Shown: positions 12,503 through 24,330, numbered from the stretch's first letter. The stretch is 64,000 nt of DNA from Clostridia bacterium (GCA_029256705.1 JAQSXK010000006.1:3021-67020); one strand, 5' to 3'. Program-made: numbers and translations. The notes: generated by a model not told the origin, from the letters alone.

Positions 12503-13621
12503 TTATTCTTGTCTTAATTTAACAGGTAGAACAATATATAAATAATCATTTCCTTGAAGTGGATAAATAACAGCTGGTGCAATATTAGATGTAAAATCAA
12601 TATATATTTCTTGATCTTCTAATACTTTTAGGGTTTCAATGAAATATCTAGGATTAAATCCTATTTCTATATCTTTTCCTTCTAAAACAGCAGGTATACT
12701 TTCTTTTGCATCTCCGGTTTGACTGATGCAACTTAAAGTTAAACCATCTAACGATATATTCATTTTAACTGGAGATTTTTTATCTCTATCTGAACTTTCT
12801 TTTGCAAATAAAGCAACTCTTTCAAAAGCATCTAATATTTTTTTTGTTTTTACTCTTATTCTTGTTTCTTTATCTGATGGTATTATACTATTATAATTTA
12901 AAAATTCACCATCAATTATTCTACTTATTATAACACTATTACCTACCTCAAATAATGCTTGATTTCTATTTGTTCCTATTTTTATTACTTCTTCATCATT
13001 ATCTGTTAATATTTTTAAAATTTCACTTAATACTCTTCCTGGTATTATAGCCTTAAAATTATTTATTTCAGTTTCATTTAAATATTTTTTAAGTGCTAAC
13101 CTAAATCCATCTAATGCTACTAATGTTAATATATTATCTTCTACTTTAAGTAATGCTCCTGTATATACAGGTCTATTTTCATCTGTACTTACTGCAAATA
13201 ATATTTTTCTTATCATATCTTTAAAAATTTTTTGTTTTATTTCTATATTATTATTTATAGTAAAAACAGGTAATTTAGGATATTCTAAAGGATCCATTAC
13301 AGCTAATTTAAATATACCATTTATAGATTTAATAACAAATAATTTATCATCTGCTTCTATTGTTATCTGTTCAGCTTCTAATCTTCTCATTATTTCGTTC
13401 AACATTTTAATATCTACAACAGTACTTCCTTCTTCTTGTACATTACATATCATAGTATGTGTGCATCCCATTTCAAGATCATTTGTTGTTAATTTAATTT
13501 GATTATTATATGCTTCAATTAGCACTCCTTCAAGTATAGGCATTGTTGTTTTAGATGATGCTGTTTTAAATACTACATTAAGTGCATTTATTAATTCATT
13601 AGTTTGACAATTAATTTTCAT
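12503..13621 (-). CDS. dnaN: DNA polymerase III beta clamp
   Basis: TMPILEG, ALDGFRLA, GFNPRY, VLPVK; follows dnaA. Confidence 0.98.
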   Translation of the reverse strand: MKINCQTNELINALNVVFKTASSKTTMPILEGVLIEAYNNQIKLTTNDLEMGCTHTMICNVQEEGSTVVDIKMLNEIMRRLEAEQITIEADDKLFVIKSINGIFKLAVMDPLEYPKLPVFTINNNIEIKQKIFKDMIRKILFAVSTDENRPVYTGALLKVEDNILTLVALDGFRLALKKYLNETEINNFKAIIPGRVLSEILKILTDNDEEVIKIGTNRNQALFEVGNSVIISRIIDGEFLNYNSIIPSDKETRIRVKTKKILDAFERVALFAKESSDRDKKSPVKMNISLDGLTLSCISQTGDAKESIPAVLEGKDIEIGFNPRYFIETLKVLEDQEIYIDFTSNIAPAVIYPLQGNDYLYIVLPVKLRQE

Positions 13622-13629
13622 TTTGATTC

Positions 13630-13960
13630 CTCCATTTAATAAAAAATTATTATTTTTAATATTTATATTTATAAGTTTATCTTAAGTTAACCACATAATG
13701 AACATATGAAAAAATCCTAACATATATATTATATTATTATATAGTTTTAGTAGTAGTAGTAGTAGGTACTGTGGAAACTGTGGATAAGTATCTACAACCA
13801 TTACTACTAAAGAATTTATATCTGTGGATAAAACTGTGGAAAACATGTAAAGTTATTCACAGAACAAATGTTTAACTGTGGATAATTATAATAAAGTTAA
13901 TTTATCCACAAGTTATCCACACCTCTATCCACAGTAAATTGTGGATAACTTTTATTTTTG
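13630..13960. other. Replication origin oriC (dnaA-dnaN intergenic): AT-rich region, DnaA-trios and DnaA-box cluster
   Basis: (TAG)6 at 13748-13765, GTAC, then tandem boxes TGTGGAAAC 13770-13778 and TGTGGATAA 13779-13787. Further exact or near-consensus boxes at 13823, 13835, 13853, 13877, 13902, 13913, 13925, 13940. Gene strand bias switches around this locus. Confidence 0.95.
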
Positions 13961-14003
13961 TAATATTTTTGAAACAAAAGTGAAATATTTGAAATAATGT
14001 CTA

Positions 14004-15410
14004 TTATTCTTCTATAGATAGGGATTTTTTCAATTCTTCTATTACGTTTTTCGTTTCCATATTTTTGTCATATTCTTCTTTTATTTTTCCATATGCATGT
14101 AAAACTGTTGAATGATCTCTTCCACCAAAATCTCTACCAATTGCAGGAAAAGATAAATTTGCTATTTCTCTACATAAAAACATTGCTATTTGTCTTGGAT
14201 ATGTTACACTATTTGATCTTTTTTCACTGGTTAAATCAGTAACTTTTATATTAAAAAATTTTGCAACCACTTGCATAATAAGTTTACTTGTTAGTACTTT
14301 AGTATTTTTAACTAATATTGATTCAATAGTATTATCAACTATTGAATCTGTTAAATCACTATTTGTAAATGAAGAATATGCAACTAATTTATTGAATACA
14401 CCTTCTAATTCTCTAATATTTGATTTAACTTTACTAGCAATTTTTACTAGTACATCATCATTAATTATATATCTTTCATTTTGTGTTTTTTTTCTAAGAA
14501 TAGCTAATCTAGTTTCATAATCTGGTGTTTGTATATCAACAGATAATCCCATTTCAAATCTTGTTTTTAATCTTTCTTCTAGCATCATTATTTCTTTTGG
14601 TGGTTTTTCAGAAGTTAATACAATTTGTTTACCACTTTGAAATAAAGTGTTGAAAGTATGGAAAAATTCTTCTTGGCATTTGTCCTTCCCCGCTAAAAAT
14701 TGTACATCATCTATTAAAAGTAAATCAACATTTCTATATTTTTTTCTAAATTCTTCATTTTTATTTGTCATCAATGCAGTTACAAGTTCATTAGTAAATA
14801 ATTCCCCCGTTGCATAAACAATTCTCATTTCAGGTTTTGTTTTAATTAATTCATTCCCTATTGCTTGCATTAAATGAGTTTTTCCTAATCCTACTCCACC
14901 ATATATATAGAGAGGATTATATTTTTGACCAGGATTTTCTGATACTGCAGTTGCTGCTGCATGTGCAAATCTATTATTTGATCCTATAATATAATTATCA
15001 AAAGTATATTTTTGATTTAAATTTGAATTTAATTCTGTAATAAAACTTTTTGATGACATATTAATATTTTCATTTTCTTTTTCTTTTGTAAATTCAATTT
15101 CTAATGGTTCTTTTGTATCTTGTTCCAAATCTTTTTCATATTTATTATCTTCAGGAATTATTTCTTTTGATTCAAAAGTTATGATATAATCACGTTTAGT
15201 TAAAATTTGTAATGTATTTTGAATCAAATCTAAATATCTTTTTTTACAGATATCAATATGATAATTTGATGGAGCTAGTAAACATATAGTATGTTCATCT
15301 GCAATTCTTGGAATCATTACGTCAACATATGTTTTATAACCAACTGGAGATATTTCTTCTTTCAGTATTTCCAAGGCTTCAGACCATATACTCATAAAAT
15401 TACTTTGCAT
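14004..15410 (-). CDS. dnaA: Chromosomal replication initiator DnaA
   Basis: YNPLYIYGGVGLGKTHL, LLIDDVQF, QEEFFHTFN, GGRDHSTV. Confidence 0.99.
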   Translation of the reverse strand: MQSNFMSIWSEALEILKEEISPVGYKTYVDVMIPRIADEHTICLLAPSNYHIDICKKRYLDLIQNTLQILTKRDYIITFESKEIIPEDNKYEKDLEQDTKEPLEIEFTKEKENENINMSSKSFITELNSNLNQKYTFDNYIIGSNNRFAHAAATAVSENPGQKYNPLYIYGGVGLGKTHLMQAIGNELIKTKPEMRIVYATGELFTNELVTALMTNKNEEFRKKYRNVDLLLIDDVQFLAGKDKCQEEFFHTFNTLFQSGKQIVLTSEKPPKEIMMLEERLKTRFEMGLSVDIQTPDYETRLAILRKKTQNERYIINDDVLVKIASKVKSNIRELEGVFNKLVAYSSFTNSDLTDSIVDNTIESILVKNTKVLTSKLIMQVVAKFFNIKVTDLTSEKRSNSVTYPRQIAMFLCREIANLSFPAIGRDFGGRDHSTVLHAYGKIKEEYDKNMETKNVIEELKKSLSIEE

Positions 15411-15445
15411 AAAACCACCTTTCTAAAACCAATGTTTTCATAAAG

Positions 15446-15487
15446 TTATCCACAGAGTTATCAACAGGTGTGGATAACTTTTCGACA
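15446..15487. promoter_or_regulatory. DnaA boxes upstream of dnaA plus a Spo0A box
   Basis: TTATCCACA 15446, TTATCAACA 15458, TGTGGATAA 15469; TTCGACA (TGTCGAA on the other strand) 15481-15487. Confidence 0.85.
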
Positions 15488-15784
15488 AATTAATACTAAC
15501 AAGACAATCATTTTACATAATTTCTGTGGACTATTGTGAAATTTGTGAAAAATCGATTTAAAATTTATACATATAATATATCACTAATTTACTGAAAATT
15601 CAAGTTATTTTAGTAATTTTAACAAAAATAATCAAAATATCTTTTTAATTTTTTATTTGTAGAAATATGGAAAATTATTATTATTTTTTTATATATAAAA
15701 TTATTAATATTTTTAATAAATCATATCTTAGTATTAAAAATGTTTTATTTTTTTATTAATCATGAGAAAAAATTATAAAAAAAT

Positions 15785-15813
15785 TTGACAAAATGAACAA
15801 AATAGTGTATAAT
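15785..15813 (+). promoter_or_regulatory. SigA promoter of the rpmH operon
   Basis: TTGACA-17-TATAAT. Confidence 0.8.
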
Positions 15814-15925
15814 ATTTTCATTAATATTAAAATAGCATAATTTGTGTTAGCTTTAATATAGATTTTATATATTAAAGTTTTTTAAAAATGTGTAAAATAT
15901 ATTAGCGAATAGGGAGGTGCCAATA

Positions 15926-16060
15926 GTGAATACAACATTTAATCCAAAAAAAATACAAAGATCAAAAGTTCATGGCTTTAGACAAAGAATGAAAACAGCA
16001 GCAGGAAGAGCAGTATTAAAGAGAAGAAGAGCAAAAGGAAGAAAAGTACTATGTGCTTAA
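15926..16060 (+). CDS. rpmH: 50S ribosomal protein L34
   Basis: Manual translation from GTG after [51 protein letters not shown]. Not in the ORF track. Confidence 0.98.
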   Translation: MNTTFNPKKIQRSKVHGFRQRMKTAAGRAVLKRRRAKGRKVLCA

Positions 16061-16116
16061 AAATGTAAGTGGGTATGTTTTCATATCCACTTATTTGTAT
16101 TAATTGGGGTGAACAA

Positions 16117-16461
16117 GTGAAATATACAAGTAGTATAAAGAAAAAGGGTACTTTTAAATATCTTATTAGTAAAGGTAAATATTCCAGAGAAAAGTATATA
16201 GTTGTATATTTAACAAAAAATAATAAACCAAATAATGTACTAGGTATATGTGTTTCGAAGAAAAATGGAATAAGTGTACATAGAAATAAAATGAAAAGAT
16301 GGATAAGAGAAATATATAAAATAGAAGAGTCTAATTTACAAAAAGGTTTAAATTTAGTAGTTATGTATAAAAAGGACACTAAAATTGAAGATATTGATTA
16401 TAATACGATAAAAGAAGATATTATAAATTCTTTTAAAAAATTAGATATATATGAGATTTAA
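16117..16461 (+). CDS. rnpA: RNase P protein component
   Basis: GICVSKK...SVHRNKMKRWIRE (RNR-like motif); GTG start at 16117. Confidence 0.93.
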   Translation: MKYTSSIKKKGTFKYLISKGKYSREKYIVVYLTKNNKPNNVLGICVSKKNGISVHRNKMKRWIREIYKIEESNLQKGLNLVVMYKKDTKIEDIDYNTIKEDIINSFKKLDIYEI

Positions 16462-16705
16462 TATGATAAAATTAATAAAGAATATTGCATTCATACCGAG
16501 AAATATTGGAGTTCTTTTGATAAATTTTTATCAAAAATATATATCGAATTCTTTTGGGAAAAGATGCATTTTTTATCCAACTTGTTCTGAATACACAAAA
16601 CAGGCAGTTTTAAAATATGGACTTATAAAAGGTAGTATAATAGGATTTATTAGAATTTTAAAATGTAATCCATTTTCTAAAGGTGGAGTAGATCATTTGA
16701 AATAG
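16451..16705 (+). CDS. yidD: Membrane protein insertion efficiency factor YidD
   Basis: YQKYIS...CIFYPTCSEY...RILKCNPFSKGGVD. Confidence 0.95.
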   Translation: MRFNMIKLIKNIAFIPRNIGVLLINFYQKYISNSFGKRCIFYPTCSEYTKQAVLKYGLIKGSIIGFIRILKCNPFSKGGVDHLK

Positions 16706-16729
16706 TATTAAAATATAGGAGAAAAATTT

Positions 16730-17593
16730 ATGATAGAAATTATAGCAAATGTATTTGGTGCTATTATTAGGGTTATATATAATTTAACTCAAGATAATTA
16801 TGCACTATCTATAATACTTTTCACAATACTTACAAAAGCTTTATTATTTCCACTTTCATTAAAACAAATGAAATCAAGTATGGAAATGCAAAAGATAAAA
16901 CCAAAGTATGATGAAATAGTAAAAAAATATAAGAATGATAAATCAAAACAAGGTGAGGAGATAACTAAATTATATAGTGAACATAAAATTAATCCATTAG
17001 GAGGATGTTTACCACTTTTGATACAGTTACCACTTATACTTGGAATGTTTTATATAGTTAGACAACCTTTAACATATGTTGTCCAACTTCCACAAGAAGA
17101 AATTCAAATATACACTCAAAAATTACTAAATAAAGAAGAAGTAAACAGTGCTGAAATGAGTAATTCTGAAATAAAAATTGCAAATAGTAATAAATTGATT
17201 GATATGAATTTTGTAGGACTAAATTTAGGAGATGTACCTTCGGATATATTTTCTTCAGATGAATCAAAACGTGCAAATCCATATTCAATTCTAATACCAA
17301 TATTAAGTGTATTATTTTCTATTTATCAAATAAAACAAATGCAAAAAACAAATCAAATGACAGAAGAACAAAAAGAAATGCAAAAATCTATGAACTTTAT
17401 GATGCCTATGCTTTCAGGATTTATCGCTTTCACAATGCCACTTGCACTTGGTGTATATTGGTTAGTAGGCAGTATGTGTCAAATAGCTCAACAGTCTTTT
17501 ATATCTAAATTAATTAAAGAACAAAAAAATGAAGAAAATAGTTTTTTATTAGAATCAGATAAAGGGGGAAAAGGGAATGAAAAGAACAACTGA
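16730..17593 (+). CDS. yidC: YidC/Oxa1/SpoIIIJ insertase
   Basis: NPLGGCLPLLIQLP, ALGVYW; conserved synteny. Confidence 0.95.
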   Translation: MIEIIANVFGAIIRVIYNLTQDNYALSIILFTILTKALLFPLSLKQMKSSMEMQKIKPKYDEIVKKYKNDKSKQGEEITKLYSEHKINPLGGCLPLLIQLPLILGMFYIVRQPLTYVVQLPQEEIQIYTQKLLNKEEVNSAEMSNSEIKIANSNKLIDMNFVGLNLGDVPSDIFSSDESKRANPYSILIPILSVLFSIYQIKQMQKTNQMTEEQKEMQKSMNFMMPMLSGFIAFTMPLALGVYWLVGSMCQIAQQSFISKLIKEQKNEENSFLLESDKGGKGNEKNN

Positions 17594-18236
17594 ACAAGTA
17601 GGTAAAACAATAGAAGAGGCAGTTAGAAAAGGGTTAGAAGAACTTAAAGTTGCAAGAGATGATGTTATTATTGATATATTAGAAGAACCTAAAGCAGGCG
17701 GTATATTAGGAATGCTTTCGCAAAAGTTAGCAAAAGTAAGATTAACTGTTGATAAGAAAATAACAGAAGATGTTCTTGTAGCAACACAAAAAAGAATAGA
17801 TAATATATTGAAAGATATTTTTAAAATAACTGGAGAAGATAATATAAAACATACTTGTACAGGGGATAGTAAACAAGTTATCGTTAAATTAGAACTTGAT
17901 AACCCTAAACATTTAATAGGATATAGAGGTAAAACAATAGAATCTTTACAATCTATACTTAATGCAATGTTGCAAAGAGAAGATGAAGAATACTCTAAAG
18001 TTTTCGTTGAAATAAACAATTATAAAAAAGAAAAAGAAGAAAAATTAAAGATATATGCTAATAAAATGGCAGATAATGTAGCTAAATTTAAAAAATCAAT
18101 AAAATTAGAGCCTATGTCGGCATATGAAAGAATGATAGTTCATCAAGAATTATCTTCTAGAGATGATGTAGTAACAGAAAGTTTTGGCGAAGAACCAAGA
18201 AGAATTTTAGTTATAAAGAAAAAATACAACAATTAG
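17577..18236 (+). CDS. jag: Jag/KhpB (EloR) RNA-binding protein
   Basis: GKTIEEAV, KH loop LIGYRG, R3H motif ERMIVH. Confidence 0.93.
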   Translation: MKRTTEQVGKTIEEAVRKGLEELKVARDDVIIDILEEPKAGGILGMLSQKLAKVRLTVDKKITEDVLVATQKRIDNILKDIFKITGEDNIKHTCTGDSKQVIVKLELDNPKHLIGYRGKTIESLQSILNAMLQREDEEYSKVFVEINNYKKEKEEKLKIYANKMADNVAKFKKSIKLEPMSAYERMIVHQELSSRDDVVTESFGEEPRRILVIKKKYNN

Positions 18237-18300
18237 AAAATAAAAAAATAGTGAAAAATCAGCAGTTATGCTGGTTTTTTAACGGAAAGGTAAAAATGTT

Positions 18301-19671
18301 ATGTCAACAATAGCTGCAATAGGAACAGCGCTTGGATCAAGCGGAATAAATATAATAAGAATTAGTGGAGATAAAAGTAAAGATATAATTAAGAATATAT
18401 TTAATAATTATTCTAAATTATCACCTAATACTATAGTTTATGGAAAAATAATAGATAATGAAGTGTTTTTAGATAATGTTTTAGTATCTTATTTTAAATC
18501 TCCTAATTCATTTACAGGTGAAGATATATGTGAAATAAATTGTCATGGAGGATCATATATAACTAAACAAATATTAGAAACAGTGATAAAAAATGGAGCT
18601 GAAATGGCATCTCCGGGAGAGTTCTCTAAGAGAGCATTTTTAAATGGTAAAATGGATCTTTCTGAAGCGGAAAGTATAATAGATTTAATAAATGCTAAAA
18701 CAAAAATTGAGACCAAAATAGCTACTGAACAATTAAATGGACAATTATTTACTAAAATAGTTAAGTTAAGAGAAAAATTGGTTGAAATATTAGCACAAAT
18801 AGAGGTTAGTATAGATTATCCGGAATATGATTATGAAGAAGTAGAAAATAGTAATGTAATAAAATTACTTGATTTAGAAATATCTGAGATAAATAAGTTA
18901 TTAAACTCATATGAAGAGGGTAAATACATAAAGAATGGAATAAATGTAGCAATTTTAGGTAGACCAAACGTAGGTAAATCATCACTTTTAAATAACTTAG
19001 CTAAATATGAAAGAGCGATTGTTACAGATATAGCAGGTACGACTAGGGATGTTGTAGAAGAAACTATAAATATAGGAGATATTATTTTAAATATTTCAGA
19101 TACAGCGGGTATAAGAGAAACTGAAGATGTAATTGAAAAAATAGGTGTTTCAAAAAGTATAAAAAAAATAGATGAAGTGGATTTAGTTATATATGTTTTA
19201 AACATTGAAAACAAGCTTTCAATTGAAGACATTAATATGCTCTCTAAAATTCAAAATAAAGGAATAAAATACATACCTGTGATAAATAAGATGGATGAGT
19301 ATGAAAAAATGTTTTTTGATGCCTTTATGAGCGAATTAAATAAAAACAACATAACAACTACAATTAATATATCTGCTAAAGAAGATTTAGGAATTGATGA
19401 ATTAAAAAGTAAAATTATGTCCATGTTTTTTGATGATACTATAAATAATACAAATGAGATAATTATAGTAAATGAAAGACATAAGAAATTATTAGAAGAT
19501 TCAATTGAACATTTGAAAATTGCTAAAGAAGAAGTGGTTAAGTGTATGCCAGTAGACATAATATCTATAGAAATAAAGGAGAGTACTAGAAAATTAGGAG
19601 AAATAATTGGTACTGACGTTTCACAAGATATAATTAGTAAAATATTTGAAAAATTTTGTTTAGGAAAGTAG
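18301..19671 (+). CDS. mnmE: tRNA modification GTPase MnmE
   Basis: [24 protein letters not shown]-terminus. Confidence 0.98.
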   Translation: MSTIAAIGTALGSSGINIIRISGDKSKDIIKNIFNNYSKLSPNTIVYGKIIDNEVFLDNVLVSYFKSPNSFTGEDICEINCHGGSYITKQILETVIKNGAEMASPGEFSKRAFLNGKMDLSEAESIIDLINAKTKIETKIATEQLNGQLFTKIVKLREKLVEILAQIEVSIDYPEYDYEEVENSNVIKLLDLEISEINKLLNSYEEGKYIKNGINVAILGRPNVGKSSLLNNLAKYERAIVTDIAGTTRDVVEETINIGDIILNISDTAGIRETEDVIEKIGVSKSIKKIDEVDLVIYVLNIENKLSIEDINMLSKIQNKGIKYIPVINKMDEYEKMFFDAFMSELNKNNITTTINISAKEDLGIDELKSKIMSMFFDDTINNTNEIIIVNERHKKLLEDSIEHLKIAKEEVVKCMPVDIISIEIKESTRKLGEIIGTDVSQDIISKIFEKFCLGK

Positions 19672-19679
19672 GGTATAAT

Positions 19680-21572
19680 ATGGAATATAATGCAGAGGAA
19701 TACGATGTTATAATTGTAGGAGGGGGACATGCTGGATGTGAAGCAGCTTTAGCTTCAAGTAGATTAGGTAAAAAAACCGCTATGTTTATAATAAACATGG
19801 ATACATTAGCTAATATGCCATGTAATCCTAATATAGGTGGAACATCTAAAGGTCATTTAGTAAGAGAAATTGATGCTTTAGGTGGAGAAATGGGAAAGGT
19901 AGCAGATAAAACATTTATACAATCAAAAATGTTAAATATGTCAAAAGGTCCAGCTGTACATTCACTTAGAATGCAGTCAGACAGAATGAAATATCATATA
20001 GTAATGAAAGAAACTCTAGAAAATCAGAAAAATCTAGATATTTATCAAGCAGAAATTGTAGATATAATTGTTAATGAAAAAAAAGATAAAATCCTTGGAG
20101 TTAAAACAAAAACAGGAGCAATATACAATACAAAGGCTATTGTTGTCGCTACAGGAACATATTTAAAGGGAAAAATAATTATCGGAGAAATTTCATATGA
20201 AAGCGGACCTGATGGAGTTTTCCCGGCTAATGATTTGTCACAAAGTTTAATGAATATAGGTGTTCAATTAAGAAGATTTAAAACAGGAACTCCTTCAAGG
20301 ATTAATATAAATAAAATGGATTTATCTAAAATGGAAGTACAAAAAGGTGATAGTGAAATAAGTTTATTTTCATATGATAATGTTGACAATGAAAGTATGT
20401 TAAATAAAAAACAAGTTGATTGTTACCTCACTTATACAACTGAAAAGACACATAAACTAATATTAGATAATCTTCATAGATCGCCATTATATAGTGGTAA
20501 AATTGAAGGTGTTGGTCCAAGATATTGTCCTTCTATAGAAGATAAAATAGTTAGATTTAAAGATAAAGAAAGACATCAGATATTTGTGGAACCATTAGGC
20601 GAATATACATCTGAAATGTATATTCAAGGAATGTCAACATCGATGCCGGAAGATATACAAATAGCTATGTATAGAAGTATTCCTGGATTGGAAAATGCTA
20701 CTCTTATGAGATCTGCTTATGCTATCGAATATGATGCAATTGATTCTACTAATTTGAATTTAAATCTCGAATATAAGGGGATTCAAGGATTATTTTTTGC
20801 TGGTCAGGTAAATGGTAGTTCTGGTTATGAAGAAGCAGCTGCACAAGGTATTATGGCTGGTATTAACGCTAGTTTAAAAATAGATAATAAAGAAAGTTTC
20901 ATATTAGATAGATCGGAAGCATATATAGGAGTTTTAATAGATGATTTAGTTACAAAAGGAACTAATGAGCCATATAGAATGATGACATCTAGAGCTGAAT
21001 ATAGGCTTAACCTTAGACAAGACAATGCTGATATAAGGTTAAGAGAAAAAGGATATAATTTAGGATTGATTTCACAAGAAAAATATAATAAGTTTCTTAT
21101 TAAAAAAGAAATGATTGAATTAGAAACAGAAAGACTGAAGAAATTGAATATATATCCAACTGATGAAACTAATGATTTACTTAAAGAACTTGGTAGTAGT
21201 GAAATAACTACATGCCATAAAGCTAGTGATTTATTGAAGAGAAGTGAAATTTCATACAAGGATTTAATTAAATTAAATCCTGAAAAGAATATTTTAAGAA
21301 AAGAAATTACTGAACAAGTCGAAATACAATTAAAGTATGATGGGTACATTAAACTACAGTTAGAACAAATTGAAGAATTTAAAAAACTTGAAAATAAAAA
21401 GTTATCAAAAGATATTAATTATTCTGAAATAAAAGGTTTATCTCTAGAGGCAAGGCAAAAACTAGATAAGCAAAAACCTTTATCTGTTGGTCAAGCTTCA
21501 AGAATATCAGGTGTTTCACCAGCAGACATATCGGTACTTTTAATTTATTTAAATCAAAGTCAAAAAAGATAG
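19680..21572 (+). CDS. mnmG: tRNA uridine modification enzyme MnmG (GidA)
   Basis: [37 protein letters not shown]. Confidence 0.98.
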   Translation: MEYNAEEYDVIIVGGGHAGCEAALASSRLGKKTAMFIINMDTLANMPCNPNIGGTSKGHLVREIDALGGEMGKVADKTFIQSKMLNMSKGPAVHSLRMQSDRMKYHIVMKETLENQKNLDIYQAEIVDIIVNEKKDKILGVKTKTGAIYNTKAIVVATGTYLKGKIIIGEISYESGPDGVFPANDLSQSLMNIGVQLRRFKTGTPSRININKMDLSKMEVQKGDSEISLFSYDNVDNESMLNKKQVDCYLTYTTEKTHKLILDNLHRSPLYSGKIEGVGPRYCPSIEDKIVRFKDKERHQIFVEPLGEYTSEMYIQGMSTSMPEDIQIAMYRSIPGLENATLMRSAYAIEYDAIDSTNLNLNLEYKGIQGLFFAGQVNGSSGYEEAAAQGIMAGINASLKIDNKESFILDRSEAYIGVLIDDLVTKGTNEPYRMMTSRAEYRLNLRQDNADIRLREKGYNLGLISQEKYNKFLIKKEMIELETERLKKLNIYPTDETNDLLKELGSSEITTCHKASDLLKRSEISYKDLIKLNPEKNILRKEITEQVEIQLKYDGYIKLQLEQIEEFKKLENKKLSKDINYSEIKGLSLEARQKLDKQKPLSVGQASRISGVSPADISVLLIYLNQSQKR

Positions 21573-21584
21573 GGGAGTTTTCAT

Positions 21585-22334
21585 ATGAAAAATGAGGAAA
21601 ATAATTCATTTATAGAAAAGTTAAATAAAGAAGCAAAAAAATATGGTTTTGAGCTTAATAACAGTATTCTTAATAAACTTGAAATATATAAAGATATGTT
21701 AATAGAGTGGAATGAAAAAATGAATTTGACATCTATTACTGATGAATATCAAATGATTATAAAACATTTTATTGATTGTTTAGAATGTACGAAATATATA
21801 AATGAAGCTGAAAATATAATAGATGTTGGTACGGGCGCAGGGTTTCCAGGTATAGTTGTAGCAATATATTTTGAAAACAAAATAAATATTACATTATTAG
21901 ATGCTTTAAATAAAAGATTGATTTTTCTTGAGGAAGTTATAAAAAAGTTAGAATTAAAAAATATAAATATTGTTCATGGCAGAGCAGAAGATAAAGCAAA
22001 TGATATCATATACAGAGAAAAATATGATATAGTTCTAGCAAGAGCAGTAGCGCCATTAAATATACTTTTAGAATATACTTCTCCATATATTAAGTTAAAT
22101 GGTAAAGGTATATATATGAAAGGGGATAGTATTCAAGAAGAAATAAATAATTCAAAAAATGCATTTAAAATATTAAATGTTAAAGTATTAGATAAACATC
22201 AATATGACCTAGAACTTATAGAAAGTGATAAAAAAGAAATATTTAATAGAAGTATACTTGAGATAAAAAAGATTGATAGAACGCCAAAAAATTACCCAAG
22301 GAGTTATTCTAAAATAAAATCAATGCCACTATAA
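21585..22334 (+). CDS. rsmG: 16S rRNA m7G527 methyltransferase RsmG
   Basis: MNLTSI, DVGTGAGFPG, ARAVA. Confidence 0.97.
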   Translation: MKNEENNSFIEKLNKEAKKYGFELNNSILNKLEIYKDMLIEWNEKMNLTSITDEYQMIIKHFIDCLECTKYINEAENIIDVGTGAGFPGIVVAIYFENKINITLLDALNKRLIFLEEVIKKLELKNINIVHGRAEDKANDIIYREKYDIVLARAVAPLNILLEYTSPYIKLNGKGIYMKGDSIQEEINNSKNAFKILNVKVLDKHQYDLELIESDKKEIFNRSILEIKKIDRTPKNYPRSYSKIKSMPL

Positions 22335-22469
22335 TAAAACAAACGTTTGTAAAATAATTAATGAAAATAAATAAAAAAAAAGAGAAAATGATTGAAAAAA
22401 TAACAAATTTCATAATTTCTCTTTTTTTTTGACTTCAAATGTATTATAATATGTATTGAGGTGACAGTA

Positions 22470-23243
22470 ATGGCAAAGGTTATATCAATTGCTAATCAGA
22501 AGGGTGGAGTTGGAAAAACTACTACGGCTGTAAATTTAAGTGCATGTATTGCAGAAAAAGGAAAAAAGGTATTACTTGTAGATATAGATCCGCAAGGAAA
22601 TGCGACTAGTGGTCTAGGTGTTGAGGCGCATCAGGACAAGTCAGTTTATAATGTACTTGTAGATAGTATATCTATGGAGGAGACAATTCAAGGAACTATG
22701 ATAAAAAAATTAGATGTATGTCCAGCAAATATTAATTTGGCTGGTGCAGAAATAGAATTAGTTTCAATGGTTTCAAGAGAGAATAGATTAAAAAAGGCAA
22801 TAGATGCAGTTAGAGAAAAATATGATTATGTTATAATAGATTGTCCACCATCATTAGGACTTATAACTTTAAATGCATTTACAGCTTCAGACAGTGTCCT
22901 TGTACCAATACAATGTGAGTATTATGCATTAGAAGGGTTAGGACAACTTATTAATACTATAAAATTAGTACAAATGCATCTAAATCAAGATTTAATAGTT
23001 GAAGGCGTCGTATTAACAATGTTTGACGCAAGAACTAATTTATCTAGTGAAGTAGCTATAGAAGTAGAAAAATATTTTGGTAATAAAGTTTTTCAAACAA
23101 TTATACCTAGAAATATAAGGTTAAGTGAAGCACCAAGTCATGGGCTTCCAATAACTTTATATGATAAAGATTCTAAAGGCGCAGAAACATATAAAAAGTT
23201 AGCAAAGGAGTTACTTACTCTTAATGAGAAGGGGGTAAAATAG
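22470..23243 (+). CDS. soj: ParA/Soj ATPase
   Basis: NQKGGVGKTTT, DPQGNA, DCPPSLG, EAPSHG. Confidence 0.97.
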   Translation: MAKVISIANQKGGVGKTTTAVNLSACIAEKGKKVLLVDIDPQGNATSGLGVEAHQDKSVYNVLVDSISMEETIQGTMIKKLDVCPANINLAGAEIELVSMVSRENRLKKAIDAVREKYDYVIIDCPPSLGLITLNAFTASDSVLVPIQCEYYALEGLGQLINTIKLVQMHLNQDLIVEGVVLTMFDARTNLSSEVAIEVEKYFGNKVFQTIIPRNIRLSEAPSHGLPITLYDKDSKGAETYKKLAKELLTLNEKGVK

Positions 23244-23244
23244 T

Positions 23245-24129
23245 ATGTCAAAAGGTTTAGGTAGAGGTTTAAATGTTTTTTTTGGTGAGGACGGATTAGA
23301 ATTAGAAAAAGTTACAACTGCTTCTAAAGAAAAAGGATATAAAGAACTTGATAAAGTTGTAGAACTTAATATTACAGAAGTTGAACCTACACTTAATCAA
23401 CCAAGAAAAATATTTGATAAAGAAAAGTTGCAAGAACTTTCAGATTCAATAAAAGAAAATGGCGTATTACAGCCTATTTTAGTTGTAAAAGATGATACAG
23501 GATATACTATTGTTGCTGGTGAAAGAAGATGGAGAGCCGCTAAAATAGCAGGACTTAAAGCCATCCCAGCAATTATAAAAGATTATACAGATACTAAGAA
23601 AAAACAAGTTGCATTGATTGAAAACATACAAAGAGAAGATTTAAATATAGTTGAAATAGCTAAAGCCATTAAAGAATTAATGGATATAGATGGATATTCG
23701 CAATCAGAGGTAGCTAAAATAACAGGCAAGAATGTTTCAACTGTATCGAATATAATGAGACTTCTTAAATTACAAGATAAAATACTAGATTATCTAATGG
23801 AAGGTAAAATAGTTGAAGGACATGCAAGAGCGTTGCTTGCTGTAGACGATCATAATAAGCAACTAGAAATACTTGAAAAGATAGTTGAAAGAAAATTGAC
23901 TGTAAGAGATGTTGAAAAGTTGATTTATGGCGCAGATGATTATGGTAGAAACAAAGAAAAGAAACAACCTAAGAATGTATATTACCAAAAAATAGAAAGT
24001 AGATTAAAAGAGTACTTTGGATATAAAGTAAAGTTAGAAACAACAAAATCTCATCAAAAACTTATTGTTGAGTACAATGATGAAGATGGATTAGAAAGTT
24101 TACTTTCTAAACTTAAAATAAGAATGTAA
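23245..24129 (+). CDS. spo0J: ParB/Spo0J
   Basis: GLGRGL, QPR, AGERRWRA, ENIQREDL. Confidence 0.96.
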   Translation: MSKGLGRGLNVFFGEDGLELEKVTTASKEKGYKELDKVVELNITEVEPTLNQPRKIFDKEKLQELSDSIKENGVLQPILVVKDDTGYTIVAGERRWRAAKIAGLKAIPAIIKDYTDTKKKQVALIENIQREDLNIVEIAKAIKELMDIDGYSQSEVAKITGKNVSTVSNIMRLLKLQDKILDYLMEGKIVEGHARALLAVDDHNKQLEILEKIVERKLTVRDVEKLIYGADDYGRNKEKKQPKNVYYQKIESRLKEYFGYKVKLETTKSHQKLIVEYNDEDGLESLLSKLKIRM

Positions 24130-24241
24130 TAAAAAAAACATAGTATTTTTATACTATGTTTTTTTCTTATTTTTTATTAAAATTATAAAAAAGTACTTGA
24201 CAAATTATAAAAAACTGATATAATAATATAGTACCAAGTTT

Positions 24242-24330
24242 GGAGGAGTGTCCGAGTGGTTTATGGAGCTAGTCTTGAAAACTAGTGATATCGCAAGGTA
24301 CCGTGGGTTCGAATCCTACCTCCTCCGCCA
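24242..24330 (+). tRNA. tRNA-Ser(TGA)
   Basis: GGAGGAG...CTAGT-CTTGAAA-ACTAG, long variable arm, GTTCGAATC, encoded CCA. Confidence 0.97.

Noticed and set aside
13741..13950. Repeated TGTGGATAA/TAG units considered as a CRISPR array or microsatellite
   Set aside because: Fully explained as DnaA boxes and DnaA-trios; no constant repeat-spacer period.
22330..24240. parS site near soj-spo0J
   Set aside because: No TGTTNCACGTGAAACA-like palindrome found by eye; a degenerate site could have been missed.
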